Of a stretch of DNA of 64,000 bases, positions 14,847-30,649 are shown in pieces. The position numbers and the translations under genes were made by a program. Below the pieces are notes generated by a model that worked only from the letters and a program-made list of their open reading frames with translations, was not told the DNA's origin and searched no databases. Source of the stretch: the human T2T-CHM13v2.0 reference genome, Homo sapiens; the NCBI RefSeq assembly GCF_009914755.1, contig NC_060930.1, one strand, 5' to 3'. Position 1 is the stretch's first letter; each line of letters starts with the position of its first letter.

Positions 14847-15610
14847 TACTTCACTAATTATTAGAGAAATCAAAATCAAAATCATAATGAGATATCATCT
14901 CACTTCAGTCGAATGGCTATTATTAAACGTGAAAAAATAACAGATGCTGGTAAAGTTGTGGACAAAAGGGAATGCTTATGAACTACTGGTGGAAATGTAA
15001 ATTAGTTTATCCATTGTGAAAAGCAGTTTGGTTATTTCCCAAAGAACTTAAAACAGAATTAACATTTGACCCAGGAATCCCATTATTGAGTATACGCCCA
15101 AAGGAATAAAAGTTGTTCTACCATAAAGACACATGCATGCATATGTTCATCGCAGCAGTATTCACGATAGCAAAGATATGAAATAAACCTAAATGCCCAT
15201 CAATAGTAGACTGGATAAAGAAAATGTGGTACATATGCACCATGGAATACTATGCAGCCATAAAAAAAAAGAGATCATGCCCTTTGCAGCAACATGGATG
15301 GAGCTGGAGGCCATTATCCTAAGCAAACTGACACACGAACAGAAAACTAAATACCATATTTTCTCCCTTACAAGTGGGAGTTAAACACTGAGTGCATATG
15401 TACACGAAGAAGAGAATGACAGACACCAGGGCCTACTTGAGGATGGAGGGTGGGAGGCAGTGAGGATCAAAAAAAGCTACTTATCAGGTACTATGCTTAT
15501 TACCTGGGTGACAAAATCATCTGTATACCAAACACCCATGACATGCAGTTTACATGTCTAACAAACCTGTACATGTAACCCTGAACCTAAAATAAAAGTT
15601 AAAACATAAA
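14847..15610 (+). mobile_element. L1 3' end (old L1PA/L1PB) abutting the inverted fragment
   Basis: EIMPFAATWMELEAIILSKL..TSGS, then 3'UTR and AATAAAAGTTAAAA tail. Confidence 0.9.
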
Positions 15611-16187
15611 TTTAAAAATGTAAATTATAGAAGTTTAAAACATACTATAAAAGAATGCCTTATGCATTATTATGCATAACTGAAGTTGTTGCTCTGATTT
15701 TTCTCCTCCAAACTGGAAAGACGGTAGACTTTTTACTTTCATATTTTCATATTTTGACTTCAGTATATGAATGACTCTCTTGCCTAAAAGCTTAATTCTA
15801 CCATGCCAGCCCTATGAGTGCTGCATTTGGCCTCTAATGACAAATATGACCATTATCTTTTAAATGGGTAGTTGTCTTAGAATATTTGTCTCAATCCTTA
15901 ATTTCAGTATTCATTTAGCACTTTTACTTTTACAAAGGAAGTTGAAGTTGTTTATAAGTTAAACATAATAGAAAATAAGAAAATTAAGGTTAAATAATAA
16001 ATAGATTACCTAAACTATATACAGTAGATATTAAAGGATATCTAAGAAAAGCTAATTTGCACACCTAGATTCTAAAATAATTCTGTTTCATGACAGCTAA
16101 AACAAGGAAAATATATATTATAATCTACATTACTTTTCCAACACAAAGTAATCTGCAGATATTTTTCTGAAGCTATGCTTAAGAAGA

Positions 16188-16358
16188 GCCTATCAGAGGG
16201 TGGAGGGTGGGAGCAGGGAAAGGAAAAATAACTAATGGGTACTTGGCTTAATAACTGGGTGATTAAATAATCTGTACAACAAACCCCCATGACACAAGTT
16301 TGCCTATGTAACAAACCTGCATTTGTACCCCAAACTTAAAGTAAAAGTTAAAAAAAAT
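16188..16358 (+). mobile_element. Short L1 3'UTR end (old L1PA)
   Basis: TCAGAGGGTGGAGGGTGGGAG...GTAACAAACCTGCA...AAAAGTTAAAAAAAA. Confidence 0.85.
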
Positions 16359-16626
16359 TCAAACTCACATATTCAGTTGTGGCTCTCCAAACTGGTGGAT
16401 TTCGTTTGTTGCTGAGATAACATTGTCTGAATTCACTGCTTTCTGGACCTCCAACCATATAACCAATACATACGACAAATACAGGAGAATGGATGCTACC
16501 ACGCCAACAAAACTGTGGCATATATTATCTAACTAAAAGAGAATCATTAGCAGTGTTTGGATGCAGCAAATTCAGGCTCGGATTCTTTGACATGACTGTA
16601 TGGGGATAACCTTCTCTACTAGTTAA

Positions 16627-16984
<358 letters not shown>

Positions 16985-18398
16985 CCAAACCAGTACACTT
17001 TTGACAAAAATATCCCAACAGAAACTGTCCCAGGCAAACTGGGATGAAGGTAACCCTAGTAAAAGTAATCATTTGTTTAGACACCAGCCAGAATAACAAT
17101 TGTTAAGGCTGTTGGAGAACATATTTACATATCCACCCATGTAGAGGCTTCCCTACTTAATACAGGTGCAGTTGCATAGTTGCTTAGAAATCAGTATTGC
17201 TTTACAAAATATTTCCAACCATCTCATGAATTTATAAAGTACTTACTTGATTCACCTGAAGGTGGATATAAAGTTGTTAGGGAAACCAGCTGGTCCTCTT
17301 AAAGCAAAATAATCAAACCCTGATCTTGTAAAATGTATATAGAGAAAAGACTTCACAGCGTGACTTTCTGACCTTGACCTTTATTCCCAGAACTTACCTT
17401 ACTTTTGGGATTTCTCACTCATCACCAATGAAACTCTCAGACTAGCCTCAGAGAGGTTCTGTAAAGACAAATGTTCTGTGTGATTCTTCTTTTCAGAGAT
17501 GACACCCATCTTTATCATTTAAACAAAAGTTTACAAAAGGCTCCAAGATTATAGATAGAAATACCCAGAAACTGATAAACATCTTGATTACGTGGTTTGA
17601 TTACAAAATGGTCTACCCATCTTCATTTTGGAAGCCCCTCTGGGGTTGCACTGCCTGCCAGGTTCTCAGTGTATCTCCACCTGACTGAGTCTGTCTTTCT
17701 CCCATCCCTTGTAGGAACCCTTTCATATGTGTTTGTGCTCCTAGAGGTTCATGTAGAGGAGAGGGTAGCCCAGAAATTGATGTTTTCTCTCTTCCTGCTT
17801 TGGGTTCTCTCCTAGGTTCTGGTTCCTCCCCAAAGACCTTTTTCTTGAATTATTGACAGCAGGTCTGTGGACCCATTCAGAGGAGTCCTCCTTCCTCTTA
17901 TTTCTTGCCGAGGACATCCCAAATTCTATGAGCACACCTTATAAAAAAGCTTAACATGAACATGAGAAACACAAAGTTTCGGGAAAAATGTTTTGCTTCA
18001 CATAATTCACAGAAGCAGTGCACTTGGTCTGAAAATATTTATTAAAGTAGTACCAGATGACCTCTTTATCTGTATAATAAATATTGAAAATATTTGCATT
18101 ATTAAAACTAGCTGTGGAAGAAAACAGCCTCCTGACTGGGTGTTTAAAGTACTACAACAGAGCTATTAATTTACTCATTTAAACATATTAATAGTGATAG
18201 TAAAAGGAACCTCCATTCAGAACTATGTATCTACTACCTGTACTGTCTTCTTATTTCTAACTTTAAATTCATGATTATCACTGGGAACAACTATATGGTA
18301 TATACAGAGAATTTAACAATGACATGGTTCTATCAGATTTTTCATACAAAAGATATGTTTCATGAATTCATATAACTATGACAGGTTTCTGCTAGGCA

Positions 18399-18706
18399 TT
18401 TTGTTTTATTTTTAATTTTTTTGAGACAGGCTCTCGCTCTGTTGCCCACGCTGCAGTATAGTGCTACAATCACAGCTCACTGCAGCCTTGACCTCTTGGG
18501 CTCAAGCAATCCTCCCTCCTCTGCCTCCTGAGTAGCTTGAAACCACAGGTTTCTGCTACCACACCCTGCTAATTTTTTAAACTTTTTGTTGAGACGGGGT
18601 TTTGCCATGTTGCCTAGGCTGGTCTTGAACTCCTGGGCTCAAGCCATCCATCCCCCTCGGCCTCCCAAAGTGCTGGAATTACAGGTGTGAGCCACCATAT
18701 CTGGCC
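18399..18706 (-). mobile_element. AluJ
   Basis: GAGACAGG.TCTCGCTCTG, CTCCTGGGCTCAAGC; degenerate TSD. Confidence 0.9.
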
Positions 18707-19092
18707 CTCTACCAGGTATTTTAAATACCTTCTAAATCATATTGGTTTAGACTTGTTAACTACTATGTATTAAAATTCAATTTATTGATTGATTAAGCTG
18801 TAAGAAGGAATAATTAAACATAATGCCACTATACAATTTGATGCCTTATTAATTTATGCTAAAATCATTCTAATGTACTTATTAGTGGTGGTCCTGTTAA
18901 AAACTGACAGCCCGTGAACTGAATTCGTCTTTCAGTCATCAGTCAATGAATCAATCAATTAAATGTGAATTATTTTAAATTTATGAATTAGAAAATTTCA
19001 CATCAAAATCTGGATTTGCAGTTTTTCTGGAATAACTGAAATATTTGGCAGAATTGGATATGCCAAATTTCATATGAGCTAGAACTGAGTAG

Positions 19093-19446
<354 letters not shown>

Positions 19447-21796
19447 TGAAGCTGCTTTTTACAGAATCTTCCTGACCTTGATAAGCACTTGAATTTGCAG
19501 CCCCGATCTAAACACTATTTCAGTGCATCCTACACTCTGCCTCCAGATTAAACTTCCATCTGCATTACAGTAAGTGTGCCATTCTCCCACTTCTAATAAG
19601 CTTCCTCAGCTCCTCATTGACTCTGTGATCTGACCTCCAAGGCCTTCCTGTTCTGGCCTCTACCTGTTTTGTTCTGCCTTATTTTCTGCTCTCCACCACT
19701 GGGTACTATTGTTCTGATTAAGTAGGGCTACTTGTTACCAGATCACAGCTTGTACATTTATACCTCTTCTCTTTCTTATGCATTTTCTTCTCCCTCAAAT
19801 TCCTTCCCATCTGTAGTTGGGTACAAATACCAAAGCCATTTTTTTAGGTCCTCTAAGCCTGGTTCAGCATCTCAGTTATATCTTCCCTGAACAGCGAAGA
19901 TGGTAGTAGTTCTTCCCTCTTTTAGACTCATAACACTGATTTTTCTGACTTTCAAATTACTGAATGTATAATCTTTTATACTGAAATTATGTGTGACCAA
20001 GGCTTTTTTCAACTACTGGACAGGGTCTAAATCTTGTTCACTTTGAATTCCACATGTACTTAACACGTTTCCTTATATTTATTTGCCACTCAATAATTAT
20101 TTGTTGAATGAGAAAATTTTCTTCTTTTTTTCCAGTATACTTTATGTAAGTAACATCTTCTGAGATGCAGATATTGATATTGATATTTGCGTTTCAATTA
20201 GGTAAATGATAGATGTGTGTATTTAAAATATTGATTTTTGTGAGGTATGTGATTATTTGGAACTCTAGAGCCTTGTATATAATCAAATATTTGACCTTCT
20301 TATTTAATCTTTTTTTTCCATAATTACCATGATATAGCTTGGTTCTTAATAACTCAGACCTACTAAAATAATTCAGAAGGAATTATGAAATACCTGCACT
20401 ATATCTTTGTTGACATTATAATACTATCATATACAAACTATAAAAAAACTGTTAATTCAAAATTATAATGTGGTATTAAAGATTAGGTTAACAGGATTAA
20501 ATGTGAAGCTTAACTGGAAATATTGAGGCATGACACCAAAAAATTTAATATCCTTTTAGTTACACAGTTAGGCTGGTCATTGCTCAATGTTGCTAACTCA
20601 AAAGCATGTGCTTACATTTAGATTATGTTTAATAGTAAGTATGGGTTGACAGTCTGTTTGTTTCCACGGATGGACTGGTCCGCTTTGCACTCACTCAGCG
20701 GCTGTGCATTACGCGCTTTCTGACTTCTGATCCTCTTCTGGCTTTTCTTCTGTTTCTTGTCAAAGTGTGGGTATAGATAAGGCAGTGGTGGTAGATGGAG
20801 AGGCCTGGAGTTCACCCTTTGTTCCCGGACCCTCCTCTAGTTTTCTGCTAAGCCTGTTTCAGCATCTCTGAGAAAATAGCTGACTGTAAAATCAAAAGAG
20901 CCGCCAAAGGTGGTCAATGTATTACATGCATAAAGTTCGAGTGAAAGTTTTTTTTTAATATTTGAAATATGTTACCAGTAATTCTAGAAAAGATTTATAA
21001 CACAATAACATTTTTATTTTTCCCCTAGGGGGAATCTTTAATTGTTTTTAAAGACAGAAACAATTGCATTCTCATAAATATATTCATGGCAGTGTTCATA
21101 AATATAATTATTCAGCACAGCTATGTCAGCAAGAACTACGGGGATAACTTGTGCTTGACCTTTACTCACGGTAGAAAAGAAACCATTTTATGTTGGCACT
21201 TTAAATCTCTCAGGGGACTATTGGGACAGAGGAATATAGCCTGCAATGAATAGCATTTAAACTTATGTAGTATCTATCTAACAGGGAACTTTGAAAATGT
21301 TTTCAAATTCATTATTAGATTTAGGGGTTTTTTCTATTTATTTCTTAATATTTTATATTTTATTTAAAAGGAGTCATGAGGCAACTGAGTATGACAATTC
21401 TGTCCTTGTGACACAACCATAAACTGGCCATTTCCAAATAGTAGTTCAACTTATTTGGTCTGTATTTTTTTTTCAATTATCTATGTTTATGTGCACAAAC
21501 TACTTGGATCCTATGGCTTTTTTTATACCACTTTCTCCCTTCTTGCCTCCTTCTTTCCATCCCTGTCTCACTTCCTTTCCAAACCTTTGTTAAGTACTGA
21601 CTATATGGAGAATAGTTTGCTAGTTATCAGATGGGTTAAAAACAGCAGAAACCCCGTTTTTTCTAAAGAATCTCAAAACCTAATTGGAAAAATACATTTT
21701 AGTTAAGCAGACTCTGAGATAATAGTTCGAGTTCAAGTAGTTTATTTGGGAGGTAAAGGAGCTACCTGTAGGAGAATGGTAAAGTGAGAAGACAGG

Positions 21797-22250
21797 TATA
21801 ATGATTTCCTAGGGCTGCCTTAACAAAGTACCAAAAACTGGGGGGCTTATAGCAACAGAAATGTATTGCCGCACAGTGCTGGAAGCCAGACATCAGAATT
21901 TGGGGATTAGCAGGGCCATGCTCCCTGTGGAGGCACTAGGGACAGAATGGTTCCATATCACTTCTGTAGCTCCTGGTAGTGTCAGGTGTCCCTTGGTTTG
22001 TAGAGGCATCACTACAACCGCCATCTTCACAAGGCACATCATCTTTCCTCTGTACTTCTCTGTCTCTGTGGCCAAATTTCCCCTTTTCATAAGCCCTAAT
22101 GGATTAGGGCTCTCTCTAATAATCTCGTTTTAACTTAATTACTTTATAAGGACTCTGTTTTCCAAATAGTCACATTCAGAGGTACTTGGGATTAGGACTC
22201 TAGGACTCCAACATATCTTTTTTTGGGAGGTCATAATTCAACCCATAACA
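21797..22250 (-). mobile_element. MaLR LTR (MLT1C-like), apparently nested in an older MLT1 LTR spanning about 21700-22578
   Basis: TTTCCTAGGGCTGCC.TAACAAAGTACC...AATTCAACCCATAACA termini. Flanks AAGCAGACTCTGAGA..AAGTAGTTTATTTGGGAGG and ACACCAACAGCATCTGCGACA resemble an older MLT1. Confidence 0.78.
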
Positions 22251-22974
22251 ACAGATATGACAAGGAAGATGAAGAATGAACTTAATTCCAGGAAAACAAC
22301 ACTGAGGAACACGTTGAAAATACAAGCTTCAGAGTTATCACACTAAAAGGGACAAAGGAGCAGGAGTATGTATTTACAAACCCCTATCAGTCATGGGAGA
22401 GGAAGTATTAATTCCCCCTTACCTTATTTCTGCTCTGCACTTTAGGCAAAGCAGGCTCCAGTGGTCAGAGAAAGCCCTCAGGCACAGAAATGCAAGTGAT
22501 GGGAGCTGGGGGCATGTGACTCCCCAGTGAAGTAGAGGAAGGGAACGTGGGAGGGACACCAACAGCATCTGCGACAATACCTGAAACAATAAGTGTAAAA
22601 GCAAACAACCCAAACTGTACTAGGGAAATACAAAGCAAGTTAAAATCTGGAGTAGCAGATGTTAACCAGAGCAGGACTTTGGGCATACCTTCAAACCCTG
22701 AAGGAACTGGTGAATGTTGTCCACTAGTGGGAGACCGACCAAGGAAGTCACAACACTCAAGGACTGGATAAAGTAGGAAGCAATCCGTGTGGAATAGATC
22801 AGAGGAGGGACCCTCCAACTATAGTGGTGTCTCATTCTAGGCAGGTGATTCACATTTACTTCTAGGTGGAATTTCACATTTTTAAATGTGGTTCTTAATG
22901 ATGTGGCCACTGCATGTTTCTTAAATCTCATCTCTGTTTTAGTTTGTATTCGTTTTATCTGTAAAAACTAAAAT

Positions 22975-23782
<808 letters not shown>

Positions 23783-24764
23783 TCATCTCGATCAAGCGAT
23801 TTAACCTCACTGGACTTCATCTGGCAAATAAAAGAGCTAGACTTTGTTTTTCATTTCTATGATGATGAAGTTTAAAAAAAATGTTTTTCAGCAGCTGAGA
23901 GTGGACTTAAGATGTGCTCAGGGCAGGCTGGGCTCTGAAGGACCACCCTAGGAGTCTCTTGTATAAATACAGGTGCGGGGTTCTGTTTGAAAGAAAGTTA
24001 AAATGATGAATTTTGTTTGGGGTTATGGTTTGGACATTCAACGCCTGCATTTTGTTCCTGTTTTTTCTAGTGTATGCCTTTTGCAGGCATGCGTTTGCTG
24101 TAACAGGCGTGGTGTATACTACAGTCACCTCTTTAAAATATTGTTATTCATTTTCAGTATATAATAGAGAGCAATAGTATGAAGGTTATTTATTTGAAGT
24201 CCTGTTTAAAATATCTGTTTATGTTGTTAATCTAAATTATGGTGATATGATTAGTTATTAATTATCTGTGATTAGAGAACATGTCCTGGTGAAAGGTGCA
24301 GGGAAGTCTTCCATGGATTAACATGGAGCAAAAAGAGAGCGATTTGGAGCTAAACAGGTCTTAGGCCAAACCCAAGCCTGAGAGTGATTTTGTGGTGCCT
24401 AATGGATACCAAATTCTTGTCAAGGCTCCTGTCTCATCTGCACTTGTATTACCAGTAACTTGACAGAAGAAGGAATTATTTTTATGAGTAGTTGAATCAC
24501 AACATCCCATCGATATCTGCTGAAGACATGTATGAAAGAATAATAACACTGCCTAATTTTACTAATAGAAATTGCAAAAGGTTTGTCAAAAACCTTTTGT
24601 CCTTTTAAATGTTAACTTTTTAAAATTATTAATGTTGTTAATTTTACTTTTTATAATTTTTATCTTTTTGTTAGTTGTTTGTTCCTCTCCGAGGAAAAAA
24701 GAGACCAAGGACACTTGGAATTCTAAGTACATGTAAAAATAATAGAAATAATAGAATAACAACA

Positions 24765-25015
24765 ATAATAATGTTAAACTTTTATTGATCTCTTACTCCA
24801 TGCCATGTACTTTATCAAAGGTTTTGCCTTTATTTATCTCAATTGATACTCATATGAGGAAGATTCAATTATCATGTCCATTTTACAGGTGAAAGTTTCT
24901 GTAAGGCACAGAAAGGTTCTATGACTTGCCTTTGACCATATAATGGTAAATGATGGAGCTGAGATTCACATTCAGGCTAGCTGAGTCAAGAAGTCATGCT
25001 TTTAACCAGATATGC
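24765..25015 (-). mobile_element. MIR
   Basis: CCATTTTACAGGTGA..TAAGGCACAGAAAGGTT..GACTTGCC..GAGCTGAGATTCA. Confidence 0.7.
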
Positions 25016-25854
25016 TATATTTATAAAAGTTGAGAAATAATCGCTTGCAGAATAGAAATCATAAATAATGTTGAGAGAGAAACAATAGAATGAGAAGCCG
25101 AAAAAAAAAAAAAAAGGAATTTTGGATGTGGATATTCCAACTGAATTTATATTGTTTTGGGAATACTCCAAGATTAAGTACAGGAACACATGCCTTTTCC
25201 ATTCCATTGAACTTTTTCTCAGGGGTAGTTGTATATATGCAGGTGAAGACCATGGAGGAACTCAGATTAAACTAAGTATGTGGACAACCTCCTTTCTTGA
25301 GATATTTAAGTGCATTTGAGATACACACAAGTTGCTAAATGATTCATTATCTTCTTACATATCTACAGATTTCAATATTCCCTTCAAATATGTAGTTAGC
25401 CGAGAAAAAAATATTTAGAGTTTTCAGTTTTCTTCGTTGCTTTCCAGGTACATCCTTGGCAGATTGGACCTATTATGTACCTGTGACTTGATAAAATATT
25501 TCCTTGCATTTCACTGACTGTAAAACTGGAATCTTCTTTATGAGGTCATTCAGTATTATAATAAATGCTATTATTGAATCTCAGTCAATATCCAAGTTTG
25601 TTTTGTCATCATACATTTTCAGATTTTTGCTACTGACTGCAGATGGATTTATCTCCTCGGCCAACCCAAATATTAGTCCACCTATTTATAAAGAAACTGG
25701 ATCCTTTTCTTCTTTTGTTTTCTTTATAACTCTTCCCTGTGCTCAAAAGCAAATTATTTCATTTCTTCAAGCCTGTTTTCTCTTCTGTAAAACTGAGATA
25801 ATAATAGTTTTTATATCTTAGAACAATATGAGCATTAAGCAAGACTTACATGTG

Positions 25855-26930
25855 TATCTCTACCCCAAACCACTTTCCCGAGGGCCCAATACTTGTAAAT
25901 AACTGCTTATTCAACATCTTCATTCAAATATCTAATAGGCCTCTCAAACCTAACTTAATCTAGATGCTACTCTTGAATTTTCTCCCTCAAATAAACTCCT
26001 CCCCTGGCTTTCTAATTTTCATAATTTACCTAATTGCTGGAGTCAAAAACTTAGGAGTCACCCTTAAAACTTCTCTTTCATTCATACCTTCTAGCTGATA
26101 CGTTACTAAATTCTGTGAGCTCTACCTTCAAAATAAGACCTGAATCTGGCCATTTTCAATACCTCCCTTGCTATCACCCTAGACCATCCTCCACTTCATA
26201 CTACAGATATGAATTGCTTAGGTGAACCCCATCTTCTTCACCAGAGCAATTCATATCTGTTCTTTCTACCCCCTACTCTTGACTATGGATTCCTCCTGCC
26301 CCTAGAAAAAGCCAGAGTGATCATGTACATCTTTCAATGAGATCATGTCTCTCCCCTGATTAAAATACTACAGTCAGGTCTCATCCCACTAAGCATAAAA
26401 TGTATGCAATTTGTCATTGATAATATGACCCTACAGCATCTGCCACCGGCCATGTATTCAGTTTCTCCTGAATACGTTGCTCATGCTGAGGCTGCTCCAC
26501 TCACCTTCCTGCTGTTACTTAGTTACTTCAAGCTTGTTCCTCCCTCAGTGCCTTTGTACTTGCTATTCCCTCTACCTAGAATATTCTCCCTTAGATATTT
26601 GCATGACCTGTTGCCTCACCTTATTTTCATCTCTATTCAAATTCACTTGCTCATAGAGGGGCTGGTCGGGACTTTTTAGGATAATTTATCTAAAACTGCC
26701 CTCCCACATGCCTAGTTACTCTCCAACCTCTTACTCAGTGATCATAGCATCTATTATTTGTTGTGTGATGTCTTTATTTGTTTATGTGCTCTCTCTCCAT
26801 CTAGAACATATACCCCTTGAGTTCATGGTCTTTGTCTTACTCAACATGATATCCCCAGTGCCTACAATAGTACCTGGCACATGGCAGATTTGCAATATAG
26901 ATTTGTCAAAATAAGAATAAATGAATAAAA
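25855..26930 (+). mobile_element. L2 3' region
   Basis: ATATCTAATAGGCCTCTCAAACCTAAC, AAAACTTAGGAGTCACCCTT, and the L2 end CAGTGCCTACAATAGTACCTGGCACATGGCAG...AATAAATGAATAA. Confidence 0.78.
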
Positions 26931-27815
26931 TCACTTAACATATATTGCCTGGAGCATACTGAGTACTATACTCTTTTCCAATGATACACATTAGAAAATC
27001 AGAGCCTGTTATATTCTTCATTAATGTGAGTCAAGTACTTTTAAAAATCTATTTATATATTCCTCATAAATTATGTGAGGGCAATGTTTCCATTTTACAA
27101 ATGGAATAACTGAGAGCTTAGAAAGATGGATAACTTGCCCAGAATCACATTATCATTAGAAGTTCATGCTTGACCCAAACTGTTCAGGAATCATACAATA
27201 GAAGGTGATTTAAATGAAAGGATGTCACTCTTTTGATCACAAGATTTGGCTGATGTCACTGGTGGGCCAGTGACTCTTCTTTTTCATGCCTGGAAGAAGA
27301 AAAAAACATCCCACAGGGCAGGGGACCAATTTTTTTGGTCCATGGTAACGAGTATACTAGAAAATGTTGTAATATCCAGTAATATTCTACCATGTTCCAT
27401 CTGCCTCACAAACCTCTGCCATGAAACCAGCCTCAATTCTTTTTTCTGTTAACCTTTGTAGCTTTTTTTTATTGATTTTCAGTTTACATGGTATGGGTAA
27501 TTATTATGCAAAACAATTTGAAACCACTTTTTTGTCCACAAAAAATCATCGTGCTTAAGCACTGATAGATAAAATATTTTCTTTACTCTTACACACTAAT
27601 TGCAGGTCTGCTCAGTTGTCCTCAAAGGCAGAAAAGAGGTGAGGAAGAGAAAGCAGGTAACAATAAAGCTGGGAGAAGTGGAGGAGTAGGGGGAGTAAAT
27701 GAGAGAGAAACAGTTCAAAGCTATGAGAAGATTGAAAGGAGATGGCCAGAATTGCAACAGTATCATCAATGATGAACAAGAAGTGGCAATGCCCAATAGG
27801 AATTTATGAGGTGCT

Positions 27816-28278
<463 letters not shown>

Positions 28279-30009
28279 CTAAGGAAGTGAATGTAATATT
28301 GTCATACGGTGGAAGCATGACTTTAATGCTCTACTGAGTTGGGGGAGAAATGGGAAGCTGGACCTAATTTTCCCTGCTTCTGATTTTACTGCTGTAGGAG
28401 ATGCCAGTGGCACCTAGGTGCTTTGCTGCTGTTAACGCTGCTATAGTATTAGAATAGCAGCAGCTTCTGTTGTGGCAGTGCAAAGGCGAAAGGTAGCTGA
28501 AGGCCCTGAACAGTCAGGGAGCTAACAAACTGTAGCTCACTGTCCAGCTTCTCTAATAGAAGTCTCTGGTGGTTTGTTGAGCCTGTAAGGGCAAATTCAA
28601 CAATGTTTGTGATAAATATCAGATTGAAATTATTTGAGGAAGCTTTAGTTCTGCAAGTTAGTGTTGTGGCAAAGGTAAATGAAAAATATATGTCTCAGGA
28701 TTTTAAAAACTGATGCATTTGTTTCTGTTTCTTTTGAATATGAAGTCAATGCTTTGTTTCCTGAGCACCTGCATTAATGCAGGTGAGCACTTGCTTTACT
28801 CACCCTATGATCTATATGTTGCTGCTCAAAACCTTCTTTATTCTTGATGCTCCTGAGAGATGAAGCTCTCTCTTTTGTTCTTACAGTATCTTTGAGCGTA
28901 GGCCAATTGTATGATTTTCGTTTTTTACTAGTGAATTGAGGCTTCAGATTGAAAAGTTCATCTTAGATCATCACTACAGCAGTCAAGACCACTCCTATCC
29001 ATGCAAGCATTCTTGGTTTTGTTTTCTGGTCCATGCTTAACTTAATTTGATTTGTTTGTATGTGTTGGGATGAGATAGAGGTGCAGATACAGTGCTCAGA
29101 ATAACTATATGAATTGTTGCTCCCAGGAAAACATGTATGACACTTAAATTATGTTATCAATAGTTTCAGCATACATTTTAATTTGACATACTTGTTTTGC
29201 TTATCATACCTTCCCAATTTTTCCTTTAATACCTTGCATATTATTCTCTTATATTAATGTATTTAATTAACATACTTGAATAACAAATATTCTATATGCT
29301 AGGCAAGATTCTAGGGACTAATAATACAATGATCAGCAAGATTGTGTGTAAAAATTAGCACATAGACAATTCTTGGATCATTTAATAAAAGAGGTCATTT
29401 GAAATGTGTCGTTTAAAAATATGTAAAATGGAAAATCATGAATTATTTTTATTCATATTTCATATTTCCTTTTATTCATATAATCATATGAAATATTATT
29501 ACATTGATGAACTCATATTGATTTCTGATTATGAATAATACAATGGTATTAGCCCTAAGGAGCTTATGGTCAACTGGAGGAAAGGCATTATAATAAATGA
29601 TTTCAACAAAATATCATTATATGATGAAGTCTATTAGGGCAAGTACTGTTGCCTGTGTTGCTCACCATTATATTCTCAGTACTTAGTCATAAAAACAATA
29701 AAGACATTCTTCAAAAGAAATTCAAAATTTTGAATTTCTTATTCTTAACAACAACTTTAAAATCAAGTTTTAAAACCTGTGCTGTACGTAAGAGACGTCC
29801 AGGGAGTGTTTTCAAAATACACATTCCCAAGCAACTCTCCTGAACCACTGAACAAGATTTTTGGGGGTAGAGCCGCAACTTTACATTTTAAAATTTCTTT
29901 GGTCAATTTTATTGCTAAGCCCTCGTTATGAAGGAATAACCTGGAGGGAGGTTTTTGTGCATGTCAAGGAGCTTTGACAAAGGCCCTCACATTCACATCA
30001 CTTTTAGAT

Positions 30010-30202
30010 TAGGAGTCAGCAAACCATAGTTTGGCCTGTAGACCAAATCCTTCCTCCTAACTGTTTTTGTATAGCCTGTGAGGTATGAATGACTTCTACA
30101 TTTTTAAATGGTTGAAGGAAATCGAAAGAATAATACTTTGTAACATGAAAATTACATGAAATTTAAATTTCAATGGGTACAAATAAGTTTTATTAGAACA
30201 CA
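30010..30202. mobile_element. MER58-type hAT-Charlie fragment
   Basis: AGGAGTCAGCAAAC..CCAAATCC..TTTTTAAATGGTTG..AATAAGTTTTATTAGAACACA. Confidence 0.7.
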
Positions 30203-30285
30203 GATGTCCTCAGGAAAAAGTTTGCCTATGGTGATGAGAACAGAATATACATTACACTTCACAAGATATAAATCTAGGAGAAATA

Positions 30286-30598
30286 GGCTCAGCACAGTGG
30301 CTCATGCCTGTAATCACAGCACTTTGGGAGGTGAGGCAGAAGAATCACGTGAGGCCAGAAGTTCGAGATCAGCCTGGGCAACATGGTGAGACTCCCCAAT
30401 CTCTACAAAAAAATTTAACAAATTAACCAGGTGTGGTCATTCATGCCTGTAGTCCCAGCTGCTTGGGAGGCTGAGGTGGGAGGATAACTTGAGCCCGGGA
30501 ATTCAGGCAGCAGTGAGCCCTGATTACAGGCACCACTACACTCCAGCCTGGGTGACAGAGTGAGACCTTATCTTTAAAAAACAAAGAAAGAAAGAAAA
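30286..30598 (+). mobile_element. AluJ
   Basis: Diverged dimeric Alu; TSD about AAATCTAGGAGAAATA / AAAACTTGGAGAAACA. Confidence 0.9.
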
Positions 30599-30649
30599 CT
30601 TGGAGAAACAGTAAGTTAGATAAGATAGTCACAATCTAAAAGTATTTTG

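Noticed and set aside
21111-21130. REST/RE1 site (TTCAGCAC; also near 56328)
   Set aside because: Only the left half-site; no GGACAG right half at canonical spacing.
28438-28462. GCTGCTAT...ATAGCAGC hairpin as an ncRNA
   Set aside because: An 8-bp stem is expected by chance in 64 kb, and there are no other RNA-gene features.
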